NCBI GenBank assembly: GCA_037447605.1
Contig: JBBHKD010000010.1
Location: forward strand, 16,987-80,986
Origin: Zygnema circumcarinatum SAG 698-1b
Taxonomy: Eukaryota; Plantae; Zygnematophyceae
DNA: 64,000 nucleotides
Direction: 5' to 3'
The notes beneath the pieces are model-generated. The model saw only the letters and a program-made list of their open reading frames with translations, ran no database searches and was not told the origin of the DNA. The position numbers and the translations under genes are program-made. Every line of letters starts with the position of its first letter. Positions within the stretch are counted from its first letter, which is position 1. Positions 46,601-59,100 of this stretch are shown piece after piece.

Positions 46601-49431
46601 CCGAAACTGTACCTTTGCATGGGCAGGAGTCTGAGGATTTGGAGACGGCTGAGAGAGAGGCTATGTTGTCGAGCATGCCTCCCGGGTTTGTCCCGGGGAT
46701 TTTCTTCAACACGAGGAGCCGGAGAGCGCAAGGACCTCGGAGGAGCACCCGTGTGGTGAGGAGGCCTGATCACTNNNGGCCNNNGNNGNNNNNCCNNGTA
46801 CAGGAAAGAGTGCCTACAGACTCAGCGGACCTCGAGGGAGCTGCCCACTGTTTTAAGATCACCGAATCGCAAACCTTTGAGGAGGCGCACGACGAGGTCG
46901 ATGGAGAGAAGTGGTGAGCAAAAGAATCTACGTGCCGAGGGATGTAGCTTCTTTGCCGAGAACGCACATGGCTTAATTTGAGGAGTCAGCCGGTGGGAAG
47001 AGGGCCACTGACGCAAGTGGGTGTCTTCAAGGTGAAGCGTAGCGCTAGCCGAGTGTCGACGATGTTGGGCGGCGCCGCTACCGGTGGCGTAAGGGCTTCA
47101 GCGCGACGCGGACCGAATACACGAGACCTTCGCAGGAAGTTCAACTCCTCCCGCGCTCCCAATATCGATCGCGCGAAATGAGAGGGATGTAACGCACATC
47201 AACTCGAGCATCAAGAGACCGCTGCTTTCAGACGCGAGATCCCGGCCGGCGAGATCTACATGGCAGGCTGCGCCCGGCGGGAAAGTTGTCCCGGGCAGAG
47301 TATCTCGTTTGTCGTCTTGTGAAGAGTTTGTACGGACTGAAACAGGCGCCCAGGATTTGGTACGAGAAAATTGATGACCTCTTGAGGAGTAACGGATTTG
47401 CGCGATTCGAGACGGATCATTCCGCAAATCGGCCAGCGAGAAGAGGCGGATCTCATGTACGCTGGGATCTACGTGACCACCCTCATAATGGTGAGCTCTC
47501 CCCATTGAGAGAATCACGATTTGAAGCGTACCTTTGGAAGCTAACTTCAAAATGTCGGATCTAGGGGAGGCGCAGTATCTCCTAGGAATGCAGTTGAAGA
47601 GGGGGCAGGACGGTAGCTTATTTCTTTGTCAGAAGAAGTACGCCGCAGATATACTTGCCAGGTTCAAAATGGAGGAGTGCCGTCTTGTTCGAGACCCATG
47701 GAGATCGAATGCGCATTGTCGAGATATGATGCCTTCGCCGTAATGCATGCGGAGGTACGAGAATGTAAATTTTAGTGGCCGCATGACGGCACCCGGAGTT
47801 TAATGTATCCGATGATAGTACTCGTCTCCGACTTGGCTAAAGTCAGCGCGAGCTCACAAGCTCTGCTCATGAGAATCCCCGGCCCCAACATCGAGGTCAG
47901 GAAGCCGGATCTTCGATTCGTGAAAGGACCTGGATTACTGGCCCTGACATTTGAAAGTGGGGCCAACTGTGAGTGATCTACACCGACCGCGGATTGGGGA
48001 GGTGATGTGGGACATCGTCAGATGACGACGTCGATTTGTGTTCCCCGGAATCGAGAGGCGCTGACCATGGAGCTCGGTTGGCTAAGATTCGTGGCGCTCG
48101 GTCGGTGCACCGAAGGAGAGTACATGGAGCCGCGCCATGCACAGAGGATGTGGTTCCAACATTTCTTTGATGAATGTGTGTGGGGCAACTACAAACAATT
48201 AGTCACTCTTTTTACTGACAACTACCATCTATAGCCCCCTCATGGAGAACCCTGTGTTTTACAAGAGAACCAAGGCACATTAGGGTGCAATATCATTATG
48301 TGCGAGAGTTGGTAGAGGAAGGGATGATAGTGGTGAAGTTTGTAGGAACAAAAGAGCAGGCTGCAGACATGTTGACCAAAGGGGTCAGTGGGGAGACACT
48401 ACTAGTGAACAGCAGATTGATTGGGCTAGGGCCCATGAGGAACTGAGTCCCAAGAGGGGGATTGTTAGTGTTAGTGTATGATAGTTAGACATTGTATGGC
48501 ACACACTCAATTTGTCAGGGTAATCGCTTCTGTGTAACATGAGATCCTCAAGCAGCGAGTTCTTAGATTTAGAATGCCGGTGCTCACCAGTGAGTAAGGC
48601 CAAGGAAAAGGCTGAGGCACTTAACGAAGCGGCGCCGATTGGACGCTACAATGGCTAATAGCTGTACGAGAACTGGACACAAGAATCCTTTGATTGGTCA
48701 GCGCGCTGGCGCTTAAACGCTGAAAGCAGTTAAGCAAGCAGACTCAAACCACATAGAAGATATTTGGCGGCGAACCGAAATGCGCCACGTGGACCACTCG
48801 CGATGTGGGTCCGCGAGTTCGAGGGTACGGCCGAGATGTCGGCGGGCGAAGACTGCAAAAGAGCGCTGGCGAAATGGCGAAACAGTACGGACGGATGTAC
48901 GATCCGACAAGAACTAGGTCCGCGCTGCCGTAGGTTTACGAGGCAGCTAGCCGGTCGCTATTCCTGAGTGCGCCCACTCAGACTCAGTGCATGGGTTTGC
49001 AATGGCGGACGCGACGTGACATGTGTGTCACGTCACGGACGCCATAGTATATAGTGCATAGTTTTATTATGGGAAGTAACCCACCCACACTACTTTGTCA
49101 TAGTCTCGCGTCTTATTCTGTGGCCGCCAGGTCGCTAGGGCTGCCTACACTTGTGTCGAGGTAGTGAGTGAGAGGGACCTCAAGTAAAGGGGAGAACTTC
49201 ATCAGGGAAGACAGCTTTTATTATAAGGAGTTTTAGAGCCGTGAGCTTTCTCCTAACACTCTCTCATTGTGATTTCTGCGCTTGTCTTTGTAAGTTCATT
49301 TGCCTGCTTATGGATGATGTGATGAAGAAGATAGAGCTTTAGTGCTTTAATGCTTCATCTGGTGGAATTCGTGAGTCGTGAGGGCGACACCCAAGGTGGC
49401 GCCTGGCGGGAGCAAACCCCTCGCTTCAACA
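43657..49431 (+). mobile_element. Ty1/copia family C, near full length (5' LTR to 44062; 3' LTR 48463-49431); low-quality sequence
   Basis: PBS after 44062, gag from 44006, IN and RT/RH motifs in shifting frames, PPT AAGAGGGGGA. Confidence 0.88.
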
Positions 49432-50010
49432 AAACTGAATGCCGGCACGTTGTTGGGTGGACGCATACCCACGCCTTTTACGCTTCGCTGGAACCTCCTA
49501 CCAAGATGGGAGGGATCGAAGTATGGCTTTCCAATGGCGCATCAGCCACGTTCCTCGACTAATGGGTTAGGTAATAACGCACGCATCGCTCGCCGCGCCT
49601 TCATGGCTAAGCGCGCCAGCGACGCTGCGCGCTGGCCAGACGCTCTGCGTAATTTGTCGGATCCTGGTATGCCAGCGCTGGGTGCTGGGTTCGACTGATA
49701 AATTACCCGCACTAACGCAGAACCCGTGAATTGTACCTGGGACGCACGGTTACCCAAAAACGTAAGGAAGATGTGGTCGGATTCCGTGATCCTCACCACA
49801 TCACGCACGCGACATATATATGTCTCAAGATAAGTCATGGCCGCATCAACCCTTGCAACCTTCGGTGAAGGTTCAATCCCCAGCGACCCCTTCCCTGCCT
49901 CCCAGTGGTCCCCACGCCTTGGCCACTCTCGGCCCGCGTCTCGGTGAGAGTACTAGGACGGAGCGCGCCCTAAGTACACCTCCCGTGGGTGACTGTAGCG
50001 TTTCGCTACA
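49432..50010 (-). mobile_element. G1 LTR remainder (host of the copia C insertion)
   Basis: Matches 52829-52940 and 59280-59807; ends TGTAGCGTTTCGCTACA. Confidence 0.75.
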
Positions 50011-51418
50011 AATGTACTCCCTTCTTCCATTTCTCTTTCCCCTGCCACTGTAGTGACTCCTCCTGGGTTTATGGATGTGGTGATGCATGGTCAATGGCAT
50101 GTGTTTATCCTCAATGTCATGGGTAATGATGTCTTGGTGAATTGTGCCATGAATGCCATGCATGTCATGGAAAACACCTCCCATGTCCTTGGGCTGCATG
50201 TGCTGGTTCCTCAGCACATGGCAGTTCGCACCTTTCCCAACGCCACTTGGCGGTTGGAGAAACAGTTGAGGAAAGGGCACAAATTGGCGCATCATGGAAG
50301 GATCCAGCACTAAAGCCCGCTGGTTGATCACCTACACCTGGTGCGTGGAGGATCATCGTCCTCAACCCTCGATATAGTGCGCGCATCCATGTTCCATCTT
50401 GCCCATCGTGCAATGACCTTCACCGGGTCAGCCAATGGCCACCCTGCAGTGATACTGCTAGATACTGAGGCAGATGCTAACTTTGTTAGCTCTCCATTCA
50501 CCCAGAGATTTCGATTGACCACAGATCCCCATTCAGAAAGTGTTACTTTCGGGGACGGACGCAAGGGCCAGATCTCTGGTAGCGTCACACTCAAGATCAA
50601 GCTCCAATCCTACTCCAGGGCAGTGACGTGTCTTCTGACACAACTGGCCTCTCGTACAGATGTTATTTTAGGGAGTGCTTGGTTAACCATGGTCAACGCA
50701 CAATTGGACTTTTCTGTCCCACATTGCATTCTGCACAGTGGTGACAGGCGGCTTACCCTGCACCCTGGCACCTCCACATCCTTTGCTATCAAGCAACCTG
50801 ATACTCCTTATCTGTGCTCAGCTATGCAATTGGCCAAAGCAGTTAAGGAGGGATGCACCTTGTTCATGGTGCATGTCATGACAGCCACTGAGGATGTTCA
50901 TGACGAAGATCAGGAGTGGCAGATCACATCTACCGACGTGTTTCCATCGCGTTTCCTCCCGGGCCCAACCTCTCGTTGGATGAATTCAGGATGTCTTCCC
51001 CGATGACCTTCCAAGGGTTGCCCCATCGAGGGGTGGGGCCAATCCCTCTTGAGCCTCGAGCAAAAAGCCGCTTTGAAAAATGATCTATCGGGTTAAGCCT
51101 CGAAGAAACCGAGGAGATGCGAAAGCAGTTGGCAACTTTACGTGAAAAGGGCTGGATAGAACCCAGTCAGAGCCCCTTTGGGGCGCCCATCTTGTTTGTT
51201 GGGAAGAAAGATGGTTCGTTGAGGATGTGCATTGATTATCGCGCACTCAACAAGATCACCGTAAAGAACCGTTTTGCTTTACCACGTATTGATGATCTGT
51301 TGGATCGTCTTCACGGCGCCAGAGTGTTTACTTCACTCGATCTTGCTCAGGGGTACCATCAGATCCGCGTCACGGAAGCTGATGTGCCAAAAACTGCGTT
51401 CCGGACGCCGATTGGTCA
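50011..51418 (+). mobile_element. G1 gypsy internal fragment: extra domain, protease, RT start
   Basis: LLDTEADANFVS and [23 protein letters not shown]. Confidence 0.88.
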
Positions 51419-51427
51419 NNNNNNNNN

Positions 51428-52150
51428 NCGGCGCGAGCACGGATCCGCGGAGCGCAAAGTTGCGGCGCGAAAACGACGAAGGAATGTCGGCGGCGAATCG
51501 CGACGCGCCACGTGGACACTTATATAGTGGGTCCGCTGGTTCGATCGTACGGCCGAAATGTCGGCGGACAAAAGTCGCTAAAAGGGCTGGCGAAGCGGCA
51601 GAACTGTACGGACAGATGTACGAATAGACAAGAACTAGGTTGGTGCTGTCGTAGGTTTACGAGGCGCACTAGCTGGTCGCTATTCTTGAGTGCGCCCACT
51701 AAGATAATGCATGGGCTTGCAATGGCGGACGAGACGTGACAACTTGTGTCACGTCACATGGCCATTGTTGTATATGATAGAGGTCTGTTTTGAAGGAGTT
51801 AACCTTCTCGGGACTCACGTAGGCAGTGAGGCTATCCTTCTTTGGGCTTAGAAGATAGTGGGAAGTGTTCAGCTTGTCGTGGGGTGGTGTAATCACGTAG
51901 CTTGAGTTTAGGTGCTTGAAGCTTGGCTCAAGTGTTGCCAAGTTGTATTCATCTTTATATTAAGGAGTTTTAGGATGGAGGCTTTCTCCTTACATCTTCT
52001 CATTTCCGCTGATCTGTTCTACTGCATTCAGTCTTGTGTGTGTGTCTGCATCCTTGAGGAGTGTGGTTGATCAAGTCATTGAAGATTTCAAGCTCTACCG
52101 AGGGCAGAGGAGAAGTGGCAGCACCTCGCACGGAGGCCGCTGCACCAACA
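51428..52150 (+). mobile_element. Copia-type LTR, family E (3' part), inserted in G1 integrase
   Basis: Ends GCACCAACA and shares copia LTR motifs. The host resumes at TTGCCAAAACC (AKTREA). Confidence 0.75.
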
Positions 52151-53074
52151 TTGCCAAAACCCGTGAGGCACTGCTCCGAGAGTTCTGGTGGCCTGGACTC
52201 TCGGGGGATGTGAAAGCGTATGTACTCGCTTGTCCAACTTGTCAACGAAACAAACCCCGCACTGGCAGGATCCCTGGCCAGCTGCAACCCCTCACACCTC
52301 CTTTTCGGAAATGGGACAGTGTGGGTATGGACTTGATCACAGATCTTNNNNNNNNNNAGTGTGGGTATGGACTTGATCACAAATCTTCCTGTGACACCTC
52401 GGGGGCATGACTCCATCCTCGTCTTTGTCGATCGGCTCAGCAAGATGGTGCATTTTGCACCAACTACTAAGACAGCTGGGGCCGACGAGATTGCACGGTT
52501 GTATGTTGACAAAGTGTGGAGCCAGCATGGTCTTCAGTCAGAAATTGTGTCTGACCGTGATCCACGATTCACCGGCCATTTTTGGACGGAAGTGCTCAAA
52601 ATCGTTGGGACCAAGCAGGCGTTGAGTACAGCTTTCCACCCGCAAACCGATGGCCAGACGGAACGGGTGAACAGGATCCTGGAGGATTACCTCCGGCATT
52701 ATGTGGGACCTACCCCGGATGGGTGGGACGAACTGCTCCCAGTGGCTGAGTATGCCATCAATAATGCTTACCAGGAGTCCATTGGTACCACCCCTTTCTT
52801 CTTGAACTTTGGCCAGCANNNNNNNNNNGTTTGCCATTGGACAGCCCTGCTTCCAATCCTCCATGCTGGTAGGAGGTTTGACGGGGGAAGCGTAAAGGGG
52901 CGTGGGTGACTGTCGTCACCCAACCAACGTACCGGCATTCGGTTGCACCCCTGCCCTGGGCTGCGCCACCCTCTGAAGCTCTCTCTCTCTCTCTCGCTCT
53001 CTCCCTCTCGCTGAACTCTGAGTGCTGGTGTGCTATTCCGCGCAGGCTGAAGGAGTTAGATTTCAGCCGTTACA
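52151..53074 (+). mobile_element. G1 integrase core and 3' LTR end
   Basis: IVSDRDPRF and STAFHPQTDGQTER. LTR ends CCGTTACA, identical to 38833-39001. Confidence 0.88.
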
Positions 53075-53167
53075 GCCACCGAGGTACATGGTACGGCTGA
53101 GGGTCCGGCCTCACCTAATGACGTGGCGCCAGGCGCCGCAGGCTCAAATCCTATCAACGGTCCAGAT

Positions 53168-56100
53168 TGTTGAAGCAAGGGTCTGCTCCCCACTTCCAGC
53201 GCCACCTCGGGTGTGGCCCTCCATTGGAACTTGAGTTCCCACGGATGAAGACATTCAAACACTCAAAGCTCTATCTTACTTCACTCATCGCCCATAACAA
53301 CAGAATGAAGCTACAAGACAAGCACAGCGGAAATCACAATGAGAGAGTGTTAGGAGAAAGCTCACGGCTCTAAAACTCCTTATAATAAAATTGTCTTCCC
53401 ACAATGAAGTTCTCCCACCACTTCAAGGTCCCTCTTACTCACTACCTCACGACACAAGTGTAGGCAGCCTAGCAGCACAAGCAGGTTCTGAGTAAGACCC
53501 GAGACTATGACAGAGTAGTGTAGGTGGATTACTTCCCATAGTAAAACTACGCACTATATAATATGGCGTCGTGACGCTTGAGCACACATGTCCGTCGCGT
53601 CCTACATGCAAACCATGCTGCTTGATGCGAGGTGAAGCGCACCGAAATAGACAACTAGGCGCACCGTAAACCCTACGGCGGCGGCAGGCAACCTGATTCT
53701 TGTCGGGATGCGTACATCCGTTGCGTCACCTTTAAACCCGTTTGCGGCGCTCCTTCCGATCTTAGCGCGGCATCGGCGATACCTTTCGAACTTCAGCGGA
53801 CCCACATCGCGAGTGGTCCGTGGCGCATTCGGTTAAGCGCCAAATATCTTCCATATGCGTTTTAAGCGCCTTGCGCTTCGCTCAGCGTTTAGCGCCAGCG
53901 TCGCTGACAATCGAGTAGCTGGCGTCCGTGCCGAATCGGCGGCGCCGGCAATCAAAGTTAAGCATTAGGTACTCCACTTACTTGTGTCACCGCGCGACCA
54001 ATCGGCGCCCGCTCGTTACGTACTCAGCGCTTTTCATGGCGCCTCTCAAAATTCGAGCACGGCATTACTAAATCTAAAAGAGCACTACGCCTAGCGGATC
54101 TCATGTTCCTAAGCCGAGTACCACAACAAGTTAGTGTGTGCCATACAATGTCTAACTATCATACACTAACACTAACAATCCCCTCTTGGGACTCGGTTCC
54201 TCATGGGCTTTAGCCCAATCAACCTGCTGTTCACTAGTAGTGTCTCCCCGCTGACCCCCTTAGTCAACATGTCTGCAGCCTGCTCTTTTGTTCCTACAAA
54301 CTTCACCACTATCATCCCTTCCTCTACCAACTCTCGCACATAATGATATTGCACCCTAATGTGCTTGGTTCTTTTATGGAACACAGGGTTTTCCATAAGA
54401 GCTATAGATGACTGGTTGTCCGTAAAAAGAGTCAATGGTGTTTGTGGTCGCTTACATTCATCAAAGAAATGTTGGAACCACATCCCCTCCTTCGCTGCGT
54501 GGCACGCTCCCATGTACTCTCCTTCGGTGCTCGACAGCGCCACCGAATCTTGTAACTTCGAGCTCCATGAGATCGCGCCACCTGCGTTCAGGTACACAAA
54601 TCCGGAGGTCGATCGCGATGTGTCCACGTCACCTCCCCTATCTGAGTGGGGTGTATCAGATCCTCATTGACCCCTCTCAAACACGAGGGCGTAATCCAGG
54701 TCCCTTTCACGAATCACGAAGATCCGGCTTCCACGGCCTCCCAATGTTGAGGGACGGGATTCTCCGCGAACAAACTGGCGAGGCTCACGGCTTTGTAAGT
54801 CGGGGCCGGTACCTATCGCCGGATACATTAAACTCCCGATTGCCGATCTGTACGGCACTCCGTACATTCTCTGTACCTCCGCATCTGTCGCCGGCATCAT
54901 ATCTCTCGACAATCGCATTCCGATCTCCATCGGACTCGAACAAGGACGGCACTCCTCCATTTTGAACCTGGCAAGTATATCTGCGGCGTACTTCTTCTGA
55001 CAAAGAAATAAGCTGCCGTCCTGCCCCCTCTTCAACTGCATTCCTAGGAGATACTGTGCCTCCCCTAGATCCGACATTTTGAAGTTAACTTCCAAAAACT
55101 GTTTCAAATCATTGATTCTCTCCAATGAGAGGCTCACCATTATGAGGTCGTCCACGTAGATCCCAACGTACATGAGATCTGCCTCTTCCCCTTGTCGGTA
55201 GACGGAATGATCCGTCTCGAATCGCGCAAATCCGTTACTCCTCAAGAGGTCATCAATTTTCTCGTACCAAATCCTGGGCGCCTGTTTCAGTCCGTACAGA
55301 CTTTTCACAAGACGACAAACGAGATGCTCTTGCCGGGACAACTTTCGCCCGAACGTACCATGTAGATCTCCTCATCCGGCGAGATCTCCGTCTGAAGCGG
55401 TCTTGATGCTCGAGGTTGATGTCGTGCATCGACGTACCAATCGATATTAGAGACGCGGAGGAGTTGAACTTCTGCAGGCGGGTCTCCGTGTAGTCGATTC
55501 CGTACGCCTGGCTGAAGCCCTTCGCCACCAGACGCGCTTTGTAACGGTCGACGCTCCCGTCCGCCTTTCGCTTCACCTTGAACACCCACTTGCATCCAAT
55601 GGCCCGCCTTCCCCTCGGCAGCTCCTCAAGTCGCCACGTGCCGTTCTCCAGCAAACTGTCCCATTCGCTGTCGATTGCTGCTCGCCACTTCTCTCCATCG
55701 ACCTCGTCGTGCGCCTCCTCAAAGGTTTGCGATTCGGTGATCTTAAAACAGTGGGCAGCTCCCTCGAGGTCCGCTGAGTCTGTAGGCACTCTTTCCTGTA
55801 CTAGGTTAGTCTGCGAAGGCCTGTAGTGATCAGGCCNNNNNNNNNNTTGGCAGGATCAGGCCGAAGGCCCTGATCATTGAGAATATGCCCAAGATAAAGC
55901 AACTCACGTTGCATGAAGTGACACTTCTTCCTCTTGGCATAAAATTGGTGTTTCCTCAGGGTCTCAAACACTTTCCGAACATGTTCAAGATGTTCCTCCT
56001 CCGTCTTACTGAAGACAAGGATATCATCGAGGTAAACCAAAACAAAGTCATCCATGCCTATGAACATCTCGTTCATGACAGCCTGGAAAGTTGCCGGAGC

Positions 56101-59100
56101 ATTCGTCAATCCAAAGGGCAACACCTTATATTGGAAATGACCAATCGGTGTCCGGAACGCAGTTTTTGGCACATCAGCTTCCGTAACACGGATCTGATGG
56201 TATCCCTGAGCAAGATCAAGTGATGTGAACACTTTGGCGCCGTGAAGACGATCCAACAGATCGTCGATACGTGGTAAAGCAAATCGATTCTTTACAGTGA
56301 TCTTGTTGAGTGCGCGATAATCAATGCACATCCTCAAAGAACCATCTTTCTTCCCAACGAACAAGATGGGCGCCCCAAGGAGCTCATTTGAGTTATCCGA
56401 TGCCAATCGCGTAAAGTTGCCGTACACTTTCGCATCTCCTGCGGTTTGCTGGGACTTAACGATGGGTCGGCCGCCAAAGGCTGACTTTTGCTTTCGAGCT
56501 CAAGGAGGATTGTATTGCCCCACCCCTCACCGATGGTGTAGCCACCTCTTGGAAGGTCGTCGGGAAGACATCCACGAACTCATCACTTGAGAGGTTGGAT
56601 GCGAGGCCGGAGCAGTAGGGAACATCGTAGATGTGATCACGCCATTCTTAGTCTTAAGTCATGAACATCCTCCATTAGTACGCCATGACGTACACCATGA
56701 AACGAGTTGCAACCGCTGCCTTGGCCAATTTGCATAGTAGAAGCGAGATAAGGACTAGCAACTGCTTGTGACATGATGGATGTGGTTTTCGAGGTGTAGT
56801 GTGATCGCCTATCCCAGCATGCGGGAATACGGTGTGGGATGGAAAAGTCAATTGGGCTTTGACCGCGGTTAACAAGCACTCCCCAAAATAACATCCGTTC
56901 GAGAGGCGGTTGTGTCAAAACTTCTTTGCCCGGAGTAGGATTGGAGCTAGATCTTGAGTGTGACGCTACCAGAGATCTGGCCCTTGCGTCCATCCCCGAA
57001 AGTAACACTTTGTGAATGGGGATTTGTGGTCAACCCAAATCTCTGGGTGAGTGCAGAACTAACAAAGTTAGAATCTGCCCCAGTATCTAGCAGTAGAACT
57101 GCTGGGTGGCCATTGGCCGACCCGATGAAGGTCATGGCACGATGGGCAAGATGGAACATAGATCGCACTATATGCGAGGGTTGAGGACGAGCCGTCCTCC
57201 ACACCAAGGTGTAGGGGGATCCAACCAGTGAACTGGTGGATCCTTCCATCTCTTGCACTAACTTGTGCCCTTTTCTGTTGTTTCTGACGCCCGGTTGGCG
57301 TTAGGAAAAGTCTGGCCCGCCAAGTCGCTGAGAACCCGGCCATTCGTAGTATGTGGGAAGTATCCGCAAGACAAACAAGGCATCATGGCACATCTCATCG
57401 GAACATCATCCCCCATAACATTGAGGGTGAAACATGCCAGCGGCCACGCGCATCAATACATCCATGGTAAACCTAGAGGGAGTCACCCGCGGTGGCAAGG
57501 GGAAAAGGACATGGAATCGGGAAGCGCATGACACCTAGCATTGCACCCCAAAGGCACCTTGACAAGTTAAGCATGTCAGTGGACCTAAGCACCAAAAGTC
57601 CCGCATTGGCGGCAAGCTGTCCTCCATCCCACTAACACCTTACTCACGGCCGACTCCTAAGCTGGCTGGTGGGTTGGGGGACACCTCGGCCTGCCCTTCA
57701 CGTCCTTGGAGTTGAGAGGGCAATCTCGGGCGCCATGTAACCCTCCCCTTTGCGGCAGCGGAAACACTTGTTCTCCCATTTGCACATCTTCTCCATTCCT
57801 CTGGAGTGACTTACCTTGGCCGTGCGGTGGGTGGTGAGGCGGCCACTTCGAGGCTGCCAAAACTGTTCTTTCACATACGCTTGGTGAGTCCCGCCTTCCA
57901 CCGCGACCTGTCACGTCGCCCACGACCTCTGGCGGGGGTCGGGAAGGGCTACATCACTGCGAGGCGGTGTCAGCGAATAAGGCACGCATCAAAGTGCGAC
58001 TTAGGTGTGGGGTCGGTTTACCCGAGTAAAATTAGGTTGGATTCTGTGCGCTTCTCGAAGGTGTGGCTTCAAGCCATTCTGAGTGGAAAAGAACTCAGCG
58101 ACCCGAGCGTAGGTGGTTGAGGGACCCTTGGCCGCGGAGTCTCCGCGAGGCGCTTGACGCTGCCGGTTGGACCATGTTACGGGAAATTTATCCGGGCCTC
58201 AATAGGGATCGAGCCCAAAGTGATTGATAAGTTCATCTCACGAACTTATCCCAATCGTCAATCTCATGAAGGCCCTCATACACCGGTATCACGGCTCCTG
58301 CGATCTTTGGAGTAACAAAGCTTACCGGAGAGGGCAGTTGGTGCCGAAGGTAGCCCTTCGTTTGGCCCAACCAACAGTCCGAAGCGGTCAGAGTAGATAT
58401 TGCGCCCCAAAGAAGAGGCCACCTTAGCCCGGTCCGTCCGGGCATCCTCGATGGGATTTAAGCGGGGCGATCAGGGCTGGGATCTCCTCAGCCGCCAGTA
58501 TTTTACCCCGGCCGGGGGTCCCCTTCTTGGGTGGTTCGCCACCCCCCATGGGGGTGACTCCCGTTGAATCAGCGGTCCGGATCTCTGGCGCCGGTACGTT
58601 GAGACACCCGGTAGCGGCGATGCCTCTGGCGGTGGCGTGCTAACCCCTTCCCGAGGACGCCGCATCGCATCTCTACGGCTGAGGGGTTCGGGGCATACGC
58701 TACTTGATCCTCGAGACTTTGTCCGCAAGGCCGAACTCCATTGGGCGTGTCCGCAAGCGGACCGTGAGCTCCATGTCGTCCACCTGCCTCGTACAGGCCA
58801 TGGTGGCGACGCGCTGCTGCCTTACATCCGCTCCCAGTTCGTCGATCTTCTTCTTCATCTTCAAGGACGCGCCCACCGTGATGTGGGCCCCGATCATCAG
58901 GATCGGCCGGATTACTACGCGAGCCGGGCTGGCTCGGTGGCGCTGAGAGAGGCGGCGTCCATAGGACAACATGGTCATCCGTGGGCTTTCAATTTGGGCC
59001 CCTCCATGGGGATAGCGCGGTCTCCGTCATCTCCTCCATCACCTGCCGATCAGAGCAGGTGGGGGTGGCGGCCAAACCCGGGTCCCCTCGCGGCCGGCGA

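Noticed and set aside
44500-48300. Dense frameshifts as evidence of ancient decay or hypermutation (also ~11950-12850, 42950-43500, 56350-59800)
   Set aside because: Indel-rich patches alternate abruptly with near-identical clean sequence and lie among N gaps. This fits unpolished long-read fill, so lesions there are not interpretable.
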